DNA of 64,000 nucleotides from a virus (IMGVR_UViG_3300036859_000816:67133-131132); one strand, 5' to 3'; numbered from the stretch's first letter, positions 20,289-30,622 are shown. Numbers and translations are program-made. The notes: a model not told the origin generated them from the letters alone.

Positions 20289-20471
20289 AACACAATGAGA
20301 GGAAGACAAAGTGGCGAAATCTAAATGCGACCAATGCGGAGAAATCGTTGACGATATCGATGCGGGCTTTTCTCCCGGACTCCACGAGATGGCTCACGAC
20401 TGTGGCGGTACGTGGCAGGTAGAAGAATCAGGCCAAGACGAACTGGTGCGCGCTGAAGAAAATGTCCGCGC

Positions 20472-20675
20472 ATGCTGACCAAAGAAGATCAGGAACTGTT
20501 GCACAAGGGGGCCAACGATCTGATCGCGCTCGTCAATGAGTTGCGTGACATGAACCCGCGGCTGCCGGAACGAACGCAGGAGCTCATCGAAAGCGTGCTC
20601 TTGAGCAGCGGCTTCGCGCATGGTCTGGTGTATCGTTTGGACCGACAACTTCGCGAGCAGCAAGGAGAGAGTTAG
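20472..20675 (+). CDS. hypothetical protein
   Basis: short helical ORF in the plus-strand run. Confidence 0.4.
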   Translation: MLTKEDQELLHKGANDLIALVNELRDMNPRLPERTQELIESVLLSSGFAHGLVYRLDRQLREQQGES

Positions 20676-20836
20676 CTCGACATGATCCAAGTGGTGTCGA
20701 AACGGGCACGGGATGTACAAGGCGAGATGTAGGCTCCGTGTACGTTGGTAAATAAGACGGCGATGCCGCAAGTCCAACGGTCGGCCTACGCGACACTCGA
20801 GCTAACTTTTTCCTTCCTGCTGACGAGACGTGCGTA

Positions 20837-21334
20837 ATGATCTCAGTTGTCTCTGGAATCCGCGAACTGCACCAGAGCAGCTATGCCGACGTCGAGCGTG
20901 CGATGGCCGTTGAAATGGAGCGTGCTAGCGACGCTGCCAGAAATAATTCACCCAGCACGCTCCGCTTCGGAGGCGCCATCGGCGTCGATTCGGTTGCACT
21001 GCAAGCTGCACGTCAGCTACGTCGACCGCGTCATCGGGTCATCTTCGTTGTCATCGTACCCGGCAAACTGACCGAACAACCGAAGTTCGCTTATCAGGTC
21101 GCGTTGCGCTGTGCCGATAACATCATCGAGCTCGAGTTTCCCCGCGGCGCCAAGTGGGCATATCTTCGGCGCAATGACCGACTGCTCGATGGCGCACAAC
21201 GCCTCGTCGCTTTCACTGATGGACGCGCAACGGGCGGTACCGCGTACACGATCAAGCGCGCTCAGAAATCAGGTATTGACGTAGAGCTTGTAACGGTGCG
21301 TTCATTCTTGCACCGAGTAGACCTGACAAAATGA
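20837..21334 (+). CDS. SLOG-superfamily (DprA/YspA-like) protein
   Basis: VVSGIR, GGAIGVD, YLRRND.L, GGTAYTIKRA. Confidence 0.75.
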   Translation: MISVVSGIRELHQSSYADVERAMAVEMERASDAARNNSPSTLRFGGAIGVDSVALQAARQLRRPRHRVIFVVIVPGKLTEQPKFAYQVALRCADNIIELEFPRGAKWAYLRRNDRLLDGAQRLVAFTDGRATGGTAYTIKRAQKSGIDVELVTVRSFLHRVDLTK

Positions 21335-21393
21335 CCATGGCTGGTCACGTCGATCTCGGATACTCCAAGGGCATCACGAAACGGAGTCGGTCC

Positions 21394-21885
21394 ATGAGGC
21401 AATCGCTGGTTGCGTTTATTGCTTCCACACTTTTCGCGCTCGTCGCGTGCAGTGCTGAAGGTGGCGTCGAATCCGAAACAATCCAATCTCAGGGTGAAAC
21501 GATGCTCACAAAAGGTCAGATGATCGTCTACGTTCCCGGAATTCTCGTTCCGCAAGAGGAGCTCATTAGCCTCGGTCCGCCCGAGGGACTGGGCGGCGTC
21601 ATTTTGGAAGGCTCCGCAGAGCTGTCCGGACGGATCGACTATCAGGCGGGCGCGCTGACAGCGGGAATCTTTCAGGCCAAGTCGGACAAGTTGAAGGTCA
21701 AAATTACGATGCCGTTCACCGAGCACGGCACCATCATCAATGGCGTATTCCGAATGACCGACGAAACTGGTCAAACGCACGTTTTCAAGCCGGGCGACAG
21801 CTACCTGCTCAAGCAGGGCACAGTCGTGGTTTGGGACCAATTCAGTCCGATCCTGCAGAAGTCGTTTTTCAACGTCGTCGAGTAG
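21394..21885 (+). CDS. cupin (DUF861/EutQ-like) protein with lipoprotein signal
   Basis: LFALVAC lipobox; AGIF...E...I.G...TDETG...KPGD cupin motifs. Confidence 0.7.
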   Translation: MRQSLVAFIASTLFALVACSAEGGVESETIQSQGETMLTKGQMIVYVPGILVPQEELISLGPPEGLGGVILEGSAELSGRIDYQAGALTAGIFQAKSDKLKVKITMPFTEHGTIINGVFRMTDETGQTHVFKPGDSYLLKQGTVVVWDQFSPILQKSFFNVVE

Positions 21886-21906
21886 TTCTGGTATGCTTCG
21901 CGGGCA

Positions 21907-22200
21907 ATGCCCCAGCCCGCAAGCGTTCCGATTGATCTGCAAGCTTCGGTGATCGAGCTCGGATCAGGCTCGTACATTCTGCTGAGTTTCTTTCGCGACG
22001 CCTCAGCAGAGTCGGCGGTGCTGACGGATGCGGAGCGCCAGGTGGCGCTTGCGATATTGGCGGGACGCTCGAATGCCGAGATTGCCCGCATCCGTGGCAC
22101 GTCGCCGCGCACGATAGCCAATCAAGTAGCGCACATTTTTCGCAAGCTCGGCGTGAAGTCGCGCTCCGAGTTTGTTGCGCTGAGGCAGTGTCCTCTCTAG
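21907..22200 (+). CDS. LuxR-type HTH transcriptional regulator
   Basis: LTDAERQV...GRSNAEIA..RGTS.RTIANQ...IFRKLGVKSR. Confidence 0.9.
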   Translation: MPQPASVPIDLQASVIELGSGSYILLSFFRDASAESAVLTDAERQVALAILAGRSNAEIARIRGTSPRTIANQVAHIFRKLGVKSRSEFVALRQCPL

Positions 22201-23096
22201 ATCGCCTTCTGCACGCGCTACGGGCGGCGCGCACGATCAACGAAGCGAGCCTTCGGGTCATGGATCTCGCGTTAGCGCCTCTGCGCGCTGACTCAATCGG
22301 GATCTACATCTACGAACCGAAGCTCCAAAGGCCCGCGGAGATTTACTTTCGCGGTGTGCCCGAACGCTTCATCTTTGAGTACGAACAGCTGGCAAGGGAT
22401 CACGATCCATTGCTGGAGCGTGTGTTGCAGACACGCGCGGCCGTGCGTGATGAAGACGTGTATCCCGGTGAAGCCTGGAATCGATCGTTCTTGTACCGCG
22501 AATTTGTCCCGCGTTATCGCACGAAACATGTGGTTGCGGCTCCAATCGTTGTCGGCAACGAAGTAGTTGGTACGCTACACATCGGTCGATTCTTCGATGA
22601 AGGTCGCTTTACGACGCGGGACAAAGAGACAGCCACCGAAATATGCCGCGCTCTAGCGAAGCAATGCGGCACGGAAAGTTCTGCATACGAGTCGGATCCC
22701 GCTCCGCGTTTACATGCCGACCGAGCTCGACTGCGGACGCAGTTGGAAGCCATTGAACGAACTGGTAAGGCGTTGCCCGAAGACCAAACTGCAATGATTT
22801 TTGACATGCTTAAGCACAATCAGATCGCACCGATTGATTGCCTGGACAACGGTGAGCGGCGCTACGTTCTCTTGCCGCGTTTTACAAACAAGAATCAGTT
22901 GCCCGTTTCGCTGACTGCGCGCGAACGCGCGGTTCTTCGATATGTTGTCCGAGGTGAAAGCAACAAAGCGATTGCGTCGGAGCTACACTGCTCCGTGAGC
23001 GCCGTGGGCAACAAAGTCAGTTCTATGATGCACAAGTTCGGCGTTTCTTCGCGCATCCAATTGATTGTGCTCGCAGCTGCCCACGCTAGCGATTGA
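22188..23096 (+). CDS. GAF-domain + LuxR HTH regulator
   Basis: HDP autoinducer-like/GAF region, VAAPIVVGNEVVGTL; C-terminal LTARERAVL...GESNKAIA. Confidence 0.85.
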   Translation: MSSLDRLLHALRAARTINEASLRVMDLALAPLRADSIGIYIYEPKLQRPAEIYFRGVPERFIFEYEQLARDHDPLLERVLQTRAAVRDEDVYPGEAWNRSFLYREFVPRYRTKHVVAAPIVVGNEVVGTLHIGRFFDEGRFTTRDKETATEICRALAKQCGTESSAYESDPAPRLHADRARLRTQLEAIERTGKALPEDQTAMIFDMLKHNQIAPIDCLDNGERRYVLLPRFTNKNQLPVSLTARERAVLRYVVRGESNKAIASELHCSVSAVGNKVSSMMHKFGVSSRIQLIVLAAAHASD

Positions 23097-24774
23097 CGCG
23101 ACCATTGGGCATGATGGGCCAGTGTCGTTGCGACGCCATGCGCAGGACGCTGCATTGCAGATCATTCACTTCACGATCGATCGTGAGATCGATGCAGCGC
23201 CAGTCGCCGTCCCACGCCTGAGATATCAGAGAGCGGTTGCCCGCCAACATGCCCCATGTGTTGAGCGGACAGGGAAACAGTTCGGTGCAGTTCGTCAGCG
23301 GAATGGGCTCGGATAGCACGTTGAAAGGCTGAAGCAAACTGCGACCGACGAACCGGGTCATACCGAACGCATCGAGCATGCCGTAAGCGTCCAACAGTGT
23401 CGGCAGTACATCGAGATGCGTCACATCATCGTTCGCGTGGGCTCGTAATGCTGCCGCTTGCTGCGCGCTCAGTGCACCGTTGCCGAAGGCAATCCAGCCG
23501 GGTACATGGATCTGTTCGTCGTAGAGGTTCTGCCCATGGTGAATCGCCTTGCGCTCACCGAAGGCTTCGCCGTGGTCGCTCGTGAACACGACGAGATACG
23601 GCTCGGACGCAACCTTCGCCATGAAGGCTCGGACAATTCGTGCAACAGAGCGGTCCTGCTCGACGATGGCATTCAGGTAAGCATTGTGCAGCTCGTTGAG
23701 CCTGGTCCACCGGGCCACATGAGTATACGGACGATAGGGTGCGTGCGCGTCATCGACGAAGTACGGAGCGTGCGTGCCGCTCAAATGAGCGACGAGAAGC
23801 ACCGGGAGCTCGATGGCTGGCAGCTCACGCTCGATCTTCGCCGCCAGCATGCGGTCCATGCCGAGCTCGATCGTCTCGCCCATGTTCGCAATCGGTCGGC
23901 CGGCTACGTCGCTGTCGATCTCGAACGAATCGACGACATTCCGCAGGTTCGTCCGAGCAAAAAATGATGGACTCTGCGTCGACCAGTACAGCACGCGCGG
24001 GCGATGCGGACCCAGAGCGTGCAAGTAATCGAAGACAAGCGGCGTAGACGCGATGTGCTGCACAGAACCGACCGGTACGTGACCGCTCAGTAAAGCATTG
24101 ACGGAGATAGCCGTGTAGCTGCTCACGCTGCGCAGTTGACGCAGTTCGACGCGATCGGGAATCGCTTGTGCCGTTTCCGACGCCGTCGCACGCGCGCCGC
24201 GCATCACGTAGTCGCTCGCACGCACACTTTCGTCCACGATGAGCAGTACGTTCGGAAACTGCGTGATCCGACTTTGCAACGGCGGTATCGACGCAGAAAT
24301 GTGCGAGTGGACGTCGTGGGTGCGAAGCAGCACTCGAAGCGACCATAGAGCACGCACATCCGGCGGCGCCAAGGTAACCGACGGCAGAAGCACGAGAGAG
24401 CCGACCAGCGTACCTGCAACCGTCAGCACTATCGCCGTAGATGACCTGGGCACACTGCGCAGTAGCCAGTATTCGCTCACTGCGCCGAAGATGGCTGCGA
24501 GTACAACCCAAGGCAGGAGCGCGATCACGATCGGCTCAATGTCCGACCACATCAATCGTGCGCACACGGCCGCCTGATCGTCCACGAACGTCCGGTAAAA
24601 CCGAAAGTATTCAAGCTGAACTACCGCAAGCGAGCTCGCGGTCAACGCCAATGCGCCGCGCGCTACTGGTCGCCGCACAAGCAGTGCGAGCAACATCCAG
24701 AGTGTAACGCTCGCGCAGGCTCCGACCGTCGTTCCGAGTCGATCTGGGTGGCAACCGCGCAATACCAGCTGCAT
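23086..24774 (-). CDS. membrane-bound sulfatase-like / phosphoethanolamine- or phosphoglycerol-transferase (alkaline phosphatase superfamily); start uncertain
   Basis: N-terminal TM helices; NVLLIVDESVR, SYT nucleophile, HAPY, FTSDHGE, HG..LYDEQIHVP. Confidence 0.8.
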   Translation of the reverse strand: MQLVLRGCHPDRLGTTVGACASVTLWMLLALLVRRPVARGALALTASSLAVVQLEYFRFYRTFVDDQAAVCARLMWSDIEPIVIALLPWVVLAAIFGAVSEYWLLRSVPRSSTAIVLTVAGTLVGSLVLLPSVTLAPPDVRALWSLRVLLRTHDVHSHISASIPPLQSRITQFPNVLLIVDESVRASDYVMRGARATASETAQAIPDRVELRQLRSVSSYTAISVNALLSGHVPVGSVQHIASTPLVFDYLHALGPHRPRVLYWSTQSPSFFARTNLRNVVDSFEIDSDVAGRPIANMGETIELGMDRMLAAKIERELPAIELPVLLVAHLSGTHAPYFVDDAHAPYRPYTHVARWTRLNELHNAYLNAIVEQDRSVARIVRAFMAKVASEPYLVVFTSDHGEAFGERKAIHHGQNLYDEQIHVPGWIAFGNGALSAQQAAALRAHANDDVTHLDVLPTLLDAYGMLDAFGMTRFVGRSLLQPFNVLSEPIPLTNCTELFPCPLNTWGMLAGNRSLISQAWDGDWRCIDLTIDREVNDLQCSVLRMASQRHWPIMPNGRVNR

Positions 24775-24811
24775 TGCAGCGAACTGTGTGACGAAGAGAA
24801 TCCAGCGAAAC

Positions 24812-25036
24812 TTAGACGGAGTGCAGTTTTGAACCCTCTTCGTTGCCGTAGAGATCCATTGCATACACCGCTGCCGTCTCAAGAAACTTCGACAGCTTGA
24901 CCATCTGTTCGCGCAGCGCGTCTCCGTCCTTGTGTTCATGAGACCATCGCGCCTTATCGATGAGCTGCTGCGCGGAGCGTAGCACGTCGGTCAGCGCGTG
25001 GTCCGTTTTAGCTTCAAACGTTTGGTTGTTTTTCAT
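24812..25036 (-). CDS. hypothetical protein
   Basis: GAGGG RBS, short helical ORF. Confidence 0.45.
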   Translation of the reverse strand: MKNNQTFEAKTDHALTDVLRSAQQLIDKARWSHEHKDGDALREQMVKLSKFLETAAVYAMDLYGNEEGSKLHSV

Positions 25037-25537
25037 GTGTGGTGTTCCCTCTGCGTTGTCCGCATTTCTTGCAGCGGTATCGGTTAGGTGGATTGACTCG
25101 TTCCGGGCACGCGCATCGCCAGAAACCCACCGCCTTGAGCTGTTTTGGCTCCGCAGTCTTCACGGTTGCGTCCACCTGTTCATCTGCCCAATTCAGAATT
25201 GCAGAACGTCGCGCGCGCTTGTGCTGTTGTCGTCGGTGTCGGGACATCAGGTCACCGCCGCGGATATCATCGTTTGCATCTCCGCTTCGCTGACTTCGCG
25301 CCCGTACGCGCCGCGACGATCCTTCTCGACTCGGTAACGATCGTCGCCAATGTGCCTGAAGATCAGGTCCGCTTCGTGCCACAGAAACGACCGCGCACGC
25401 GATTGCGTTTGCCGATCATCGTATTCTTCCACTTGTCCTCGGCGCACTATCTTAATGAGAGCCATGATTTACCTTTACTTATCGCGTGGGCTCATGGTGG
25501 AATTCCCTCGTCCCATCCGTACGTGTTGGGCCCATCG

Positions 25538-26083
25538 TCACCAGATTTTTGCGCCACGACCCATGAAGGCATAGTTCGTGCCGAGCAATGCTTTTGCGAC
25601 TTGATCGATTACCCAGGTCTTGTGATGGTCGCCGTCGATGCCGCCATACCGGCTAATAATGTCTAAAGCTTCGGTCTGCCGCACGCTTGTGACCGTATCG
25701 AAGTCTTCACGCAACACCGACGGGATCGGCGCTTCCGGAAGTATGCCGACCGATCGCAGAAAGACGCTACCTATGGCGGGTTCGACGAGCGCGGAGCCGA
25801 AGATGCAGCCGAGCTTTTCTCCGATGTAGTCCGCGTGGTGCGGTTTCATCGGCAGCGGCCGACCACTGTGCACGTTGAGCAGCGTGAAATCGATGCCCTG
25901 TTCGTGTGCTTCGTGGCAGAGCTTGATGTACTCGTTCATCAACCCGCAGAATTCGATAAACGCATGGTTACCGATGCGCACCGCCGCATAGTAGAACGCA
26001 TCGGAAGCCTGCTGCATTTTCTCGAGCATGGCTTGGCGCTGTTCCGCGGTGTGCGTGTATGGCTCGTCAAGTTGTTCATTCAT
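25538..26083 (-). CDS. hypothetical phage protein
   Basis: HAFIEFCGLMNEYI and YGGIDGDHHKTWVIDQV segments. Confidence 0.6.
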   Translation of the reverse strand: MNEQLDEPYTHTAEQRQAMLEKMQQASDAFYYAAVRIGNHAFIEFCGLMNEYIKLCHEAHEQGIDFTLLNVHSGRPLPMKPHHADYIGEKLGCIFGSALVEPAIGSVFLRSVGILPEAPIPSVLREDFDTVTSVRQTEALDIISRYGGIDGDHHKTWVIDQVAKALLGTNYAFMGRGAKIW

Positions 26084-26486
26084 CGGCGCAGTTCCTCGGT
26101 CGCAAACCGTTCGAGCTCTGCAACGACTTCACGCAACCGCTGAGCCGTCTCGGAAACATTCTTCTCATTTACCTTGAGAGTCCATGTTTCTTCGCTGCGC
26201 TGTTGGAGCTGTGATTCGTTGGCGTATTTGTTTACTGACTGTGCGTTCACTCCAGGCAGAGAGAAGGTCAGGATGACCTGTTTTTCAATAGTCGCTTTCA
26301 TTTTCATGCTCCTGGTCGGCGTAGCGCGTTTCGAATTCGATGTGGTCCGCCGGCTCTGGAAGAATCGGCGGCTCGGGATCGCAAACGTGTTCGACGCGCC
26401 GCGGTCGCGGTCCGACGTCGACGTGAGCTTCGCAGCCGCACGCGAGCAGGCAGAGCCAACCGCCGCGTGCGTGAGGTCGACAGGTT

Positions 26487-26747
26487 TTAACCGGTTGAAT
26501 CGTCATGGACTTCTCCGGGCTCACACGAGATTTCGGTTTCAATTACGTGGGGATAGAGTGTGAGAGCTTGCACAGCAATCGCATCGGCCTTGGCAACATC
26601 ATGGCCGGCGCTAATCGCGGCAGCGAACACGCGCTCGTAAAATCCGAGCATTCTTGAGTGAACCGCGAGCTGAAGTTGATGGCGCAGGTTGCTGTTCTCG
26701 GTTTGCGCAGCCGCAAGTTGCTTGGCCAGATCGTCGGATTGACTCAT
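26487..26747 (-). CDS. hypothetical protein
   Basis: AAGGA RBS, coiled-coil start. Confidence 0.5.
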   Translation of the reverse strand: MSQSDDLAKQLAAAQTENSNLRHQLQLAVHSRMLGFYERVFAAAISAGHDVAKADAIAVQALTLYPHVIETEISCEPGEVHDDSTG

Positions 26748-26754
26748 GGTTTCC

Positions 26755-27093
26755 TTACTGATTTAAGTAGCAGAAGCGCCAATTGTGAGTGAACCCGTCG
26801 CGGCCAACGTACAGCTTTTTCGCGCGCTGCGCTTCGGTTTCGATGTGTTCCTTCCACAAGCTCAGCGCGAAGTCTTCGAAGTTCTCTGGCGCCACCACGA
26901 TGCTAGGCCAAAACTTTGTGCCATTCGGCGCGTCCAAGCGCGGCGAGCGCCAACCGCAGTCGCATCCTACTTGAACGACCTTCACCGCTTGCTCCGGGTC
27001 ATTCGTACCAAGCTCGATGTAGCGCCAGTCGTCTTTGCGCAGACCGACCAAGTAGCCCTCGTGGTGCGGCGCATCGTCATTTATCCAACCCAT
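26755..27093 (-). CDS. hypothetical Zn-binding phage protein
   Basis: HEG...GCDCGWRS...W..H. Confidence 0.55.
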   Translation of the reverse strand: MGWINDDAPHHEGYLVGLRKDDWRYIELGTNDPEQAVKVVQVGCDCGWRSPRLDAPNGTKFWPSIVVAPENFEDFALSLWKEHIETEAQRAKKLYVGRDGFTHNWRFCYLNQ

Positions 27094-27097
27094 GGTT

Positions 27098-29290
27098 TCA
27101 CGTCCCTCTTTCGTGGGAGAACAGCTTCGGGAAGTTGTCGCTCAACTGACGGTGATACCGGCTCAGAATGCGCTCAGCAACCCGCCACGTCGTTTCGTCG
27201 CTGTCCTCGAGACCCGTCGCACCGACGAGGTGCATGATCGCCGCGTCGGGCTTATTGAAGCCAGTGAAGTCTTTCTCCACGGCGCCATCGCAACGCGCGA
27301 GCATGTGATCGAGCGCAGCGCGAATCGTTACCTTGAGCGCTGCCGTCAGCTCCGGCTCGGGCCGGGCAACCTTCGCACGCTCGCGACCCGCAATTGCCGC
27401 CACGCGTTCCCGAGCATGCTCACGCTCCGCCGCTGCTGCCGCTTCTTCGCGCGCCTTCATGCGCGCCGCCAGCTCCTCATCCGTTTCGGGCACAAGGCCG
27501 CCATCGGCCGTGCGCGGCGGCAAGGCCGGCAGCGTGCGCTCGATCGCCGCCTCAATGAGCTGCATCTTGCGGACGAGCAAATCATTGATATGTCGCTCGA
27601 GAGCGTGATCGCTAACGAGGCACGTGTACAAAACACTGTCGGCATCCTGACCGATGCGATGCAGCCGGTCTTCGGCCTGTAGATTCAGAGCCGGCGTCCA
27701 ATCCCGATCAACGAAAATGGCGTGCGCGGCGTGCGTCAATGTCAAGCCGACGCCACCGGCCGGAATAGTGACCGCGATGCCCTTGTATTCGCCGGACTGA
27801 AACGCGCGCGCCACGGCTTGCTTGTCCTGCGTGTCGCCCGTGATAGCGAGCCAGCCCTCGCGCGCGGCCAGCGTATCGATGGGCGCACGGTGCGCCGAGA
27901 AAACCACGAGCGAGACGCCCTGCTCCTCGTAATCCTCGACCATCGAGAGCAGTGCGGGAATGCGTTGCGAAGCCAAGGCAGCGCGAATCGCCGAGAACGC
28001 CTCGAACGGCGGCAGATGACCAGCCTGGATTTCGTCTTGATGCTCGAGCCACAGCTCATCGAGCTCGTCTCGCAGCGTACCGTCCAGACCGTTGACCACT
28101 AGAGTCGCGCGGCGCTTCGGCGGTAGATCCTTGAGCACCTCGGCTTTGGTTCTTCGCAACATGACGCGACGGAGCTTGTCCGGCACGTACGGAGCCGGAC
28201 CAGTGAACTTCCACACGACAACGCCGCGCGCGACCGATTCTTGATAGCCACCGAAGTCGCGAACGAAGCCCTTCCAGCCACCAAACACGTCGCGATCCAT
28301 GCCGCCCGCTTGTAACAGGCCAAAGAGGTCCTGTGGGCGCGTCAGGAGCGGTGTACCAGTAAGAAACAGCGTTCGCGAGCAGAGCTTGCTGAGCGTGCGC
28401 ACCTTCTTCGAGCGCGCCGCTTTGGGATTCTTGGTTCGGTGCGCCTCGTCGACAATGAGCGTCACGCCCGCGAACTTTGCCGCGATGGCGGCGGCCGCGA
28501 TCGGAGCGGGCTTGCTCTTGTCGACCGGTAACAAATCGGCCGGCAGGACGTCGTAATTGGTGACGACGACTTCGCCCTCGGCGGGCACCAAGGCGCTCGA
28601 GTCAGCTCGCCGACCTTCGACGATGCGAACCGTCAAATCTGAGCGCCAGCGTGCCGCTTCGTCGCGCCACGTGTACTTGACTGCTGCGGGCACGATGACG
28701 ACGGCTCGCGCGCGTTCGGGAAGAGCTACGAGCGCCTGTAGGGTCTTACCAACTCCCATGTCGTCGCCCAGCAACGCGCGCTGCCGAGCCGCGATCCATT
28801 CGACGCCCTCCACCTGGTATGGGTAAGCGCCCACAGCGCGGGCTCGGTCAGCGGCGGCAGTGACAGCCGGATCGGCCTGAACGACCGTCAGCTCCGGCGC
28901 TATCGTCAATCCGAGCTTGCCGGCAAGCTCCAAAACACGCGTTCGGTCAGCGGCATCGAGCGAGACCGTCCAGCAGCCCTGTTCGGCGCGCCAGCGGGCG
29001 CCTGGCATAGCGCGCAGCAGGTTCAGGGCGTCTGGGTCGTACGGCATGATGACGCGCCCATCGTCCGTCAGCTGCCGCGGCGGCGCACCCGTCTCGTCCG
29101 CCAAGCCAAGCTTGCGGGCGCAGGCCGCCGACGAGCAGCGGGTCTTCCAGCGTCCGTTGGCCAGGAAAATAAAGCCATGGCCAGCGGCAACGGATTGCTG
29201 ACAGCTGGCGCAGTAGCCCGGATAGCTGTTGCGGCGCGCATTGCGCACGGTCTGTTGACTTTCCATGTTGGCTTGTACGGTCGATGCCAT
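27098..29290 (-). CDS. SNF2-family (SMARCAL1/HARP-like) helicase
   Basis: PYQVEGV, GDDMGVGKT Walker A, DEAH, LTGTP, MLRRTK, GVGLTLT, QAEDRLHRIGQ. Confidence 0.92.
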   Translation of the reverse strand: MASTVQANMESQQTVRNARRNSYPGYCASCQQSVAAGHGFIFLANGRWKTRCSSAACARKLGLADETGAPPRQLTDDGRVIMPYDPDALNLLRAMPGARWRAEQGCWTVSLDAADRTRVLELAGKLGLTIAPELTVVQADPAVTAAADRARAVGAYPYQVEGVEWIAARQRALLGDDMGVGKTLQALVALPERARAVVIVPAAVKYTWRDEAARWRSDLTVRIVEGRRADSSALVPAEGEVVVTNYDVLPADLLPVDKSKPAPIAAAAIAAKFAGVTLIVDEAHRTKNPKAARSKKVRTLSKLCSRTLFLTGTPLLTRPQDLFGLLQAGGMDRDVFGGWKGFVRDFGGYQESVARGVVVWKFTGPAPYVPDKLRRVMLRRTKAEVLKDLPPKRRATLVVNGLDGTLRDELDELWLEHQDEIQAGHLPPFEAFSAIRAALASQRIPALLSMVEDYEEQGVSLVVFSAHRAPIDTLAAREGWLAITGDTQDKQAVARAFQSGEYKGIAVTIPAGGVGLTLTHAAHAIFVDRDWTPALNLQAEDRLHRIGQDADSVLYTCLVSDHALERHINDLLVRKMQLIEAAIERTLPALPPRTADGGLVPETDEELAARMKAREEAAAAAEREHARERVAAIAGRERAKVARPEPELTAALKVTIRAALDHMLARCDGAVEKDFTGFNKPDAAIMHLVGATGLEDSDETTWRVAERILSRYHRQLSDNFPKLFSHERGT

Positions 29291-29309
29291 GGCTATGTTC
29301 CTAACGAAC

Positions 29310-29323
29310 GATACCATGGTATC
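29310..29323. promoter_or_regulatory. perfect 14-bp palindrome GATACCATGGTATC (candidate operator / -10 region)
   Basis: palindrome in the divergent intergenic region upstream of the helicase. Confidence 0.5.
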
Positions 29324-29373
29324 ACTACTGCCACCGCTTGCAAGTGGGCAACTATTACGCGATTCTGGGCGAT

Positions 29374-29664
29374 ATGCCGTACCTGTATCCTGCCGTGCAG
29401 TGGGTGATTTACGAGCCCACTAGAACCGGCCTGCTGGTCGCCTGTCAGGTGTGCGGCGGCAAAGCGGGTCCGCTCAATTGGCCGGGACTGCATCAGTTCG
29501 CGCTGCAACACCGCGAACACGTCAGCACAGCACCAACACACTTCGGTGCGGGCGATGTTGTCGCAGCGGCAACGAAAGCTCTCGGTATGCAGAGCTGCTC
29601 GCCCTGCGAACAGCGGCGCATGACCCTCAATCGCATGATGCCGCGCGTATGGCGACGGCGCTGA
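29374..29664 (+). CDS. small Cys-containing hypothetical protein
   Basis: CQVCG; GAGDVV..ATKALG...C.PCEQRR..LN. Confidence 0.55.
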   Translation: MPYLYPAVQWVIYEPTRTGLLVACQVCGGKAGPLNWPGLHQFALQHREHVSTAPTHFGAGDVVAAATKALGMQSCSPCEQRRMTLNRMMPRVWRRR

Positions 29665-29666
29665 AG

Positions 29667-29885
29667 TTACCGCTTAGTGCTCCAGAGCGCCTTGAGTTGC
29701 TTGCGCCGGCCACCGAGCTTTGCGTGTTCAGCTTCGACGAGCGAGCTCAATAGCGCGCTGTAGCTCACACGAATTCCGGTCTTACGTCGCGCCTCGAATG
29801 CGAGCTGTTCGAGCATTTCCCAAGCTTCGGGAGAGAAACGAACGCTCATCGTGTGACGCGCGGAACCATTGTTTTCGCTGTTCAT
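29667..29885 (-). CDS. ribbon-helix-helix-like regulator
   Basis: MSVRFSPEAWEMLEQLA...VSYSALL. Confidence 0.6.
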   Translation of the reverse strand: MNSENNGSARHTMSVRFSPEAWEMLEQLAFEARRKTGIRVSYSALLSSLVEAEHAKLGGRRKQLKALWSTKR

Positions 29886-29895
29886 GCCGGTTACA

Positions 29896-29924
29896 AGCGT
29901 ACTGATCCGACACCATGGTGTCAA
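29896..29924 (-). promoter_or_regulatory. sigma70-type promoter overlapped by perfect palindrome GACACCATGGTGTC
   Basis: minus strand TTGACA-N17-TACGCT, ~10 bp upstream of the RHH ATG; palindrome at 29909-29922. Confidence 0.65.
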
Positions 29925-29928
29925 GGTG

Positions 29929-30519
29929 CTATGATAACCAGTGCCAGATGGCGCCGGCCCAACCAGCGTAACCACGCGCCGTCGGATGGATGCCGTCCGG
30001 GCCGCGAGGTATCACAAGCTGCTCGGAGGGGAAGTAATCGCGGCTCGGGATCTCGGCCTTGAGCATTGGCACGATCCCATTGGTTGCTTTGGGCAATGTC
30101 GGTGGACCGATCCAGATGATGAACTGCGGCGATGCCTGCATCAACAATACGACGATCCGGCGCAGGGCTGCGCGCTGGCGTTCGACGGCATCGGCGCCTT
30201 GAAGGTACTCGTCGTTCGTGCCGAGCGAGACCAAAATCATATTCGGCCGAAAACTGGCCAGCAGATTCTGGAGGTCACTGCTTGCTGCCCATTGATCGAT
30301 GCGCGTGCCGACTTTGGCCAGCGACGCAAAAGCAATGCGCTCGCGGCCGGACAGGTCTCGGAGATACGGAGCTAGACCGACAGCAAGACTATCGCCGATG
30401 AGTAACAATCGTGTCTCGCCTGGACGCAGCCGCGGTGCCCAAATGAGCCGCACGAGCCCATAGCCCGCAGCGAGTCCGAGGCCCAAATAGATCCAACGAC
30501 GGTTGGCTGACACGGCCAT
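29929..30519 (-). CDS. SGNH/GDSL hydrolase with N-terminal TM anchor
   Basis: LIGDSL block I, SLGTND block III, DGIHP block V. Confidence 0.88.
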   Translation of the reverse strand: MAVSANRRWIYLGLGLAAGYGLVRLIWAPRLRPGETRLLLIGDSLAVGLAPYLRDLSGRERIAFASLAKVGTRIDQWAASSDLQNLLASFRPNMILVSLGTNDEYLQGADAVERQRAALRRIVVLLMQASPQFIIWIGPPTLPKATNGIVPMLKAEIPSRDYFPSEQLVIPRGPDGIHPTARGYAGWAGAIWHWLS

Positions 30520-30622
30520 CAGGGTAATGCCCGGGAGTGATAGAGCGCAAAAATTATGCGCACTTGCGGCGATAGTCCGGTCTCAGGCCGTTGAGGCAGC
30601 CATCCAACAACTGGCGTCACCG

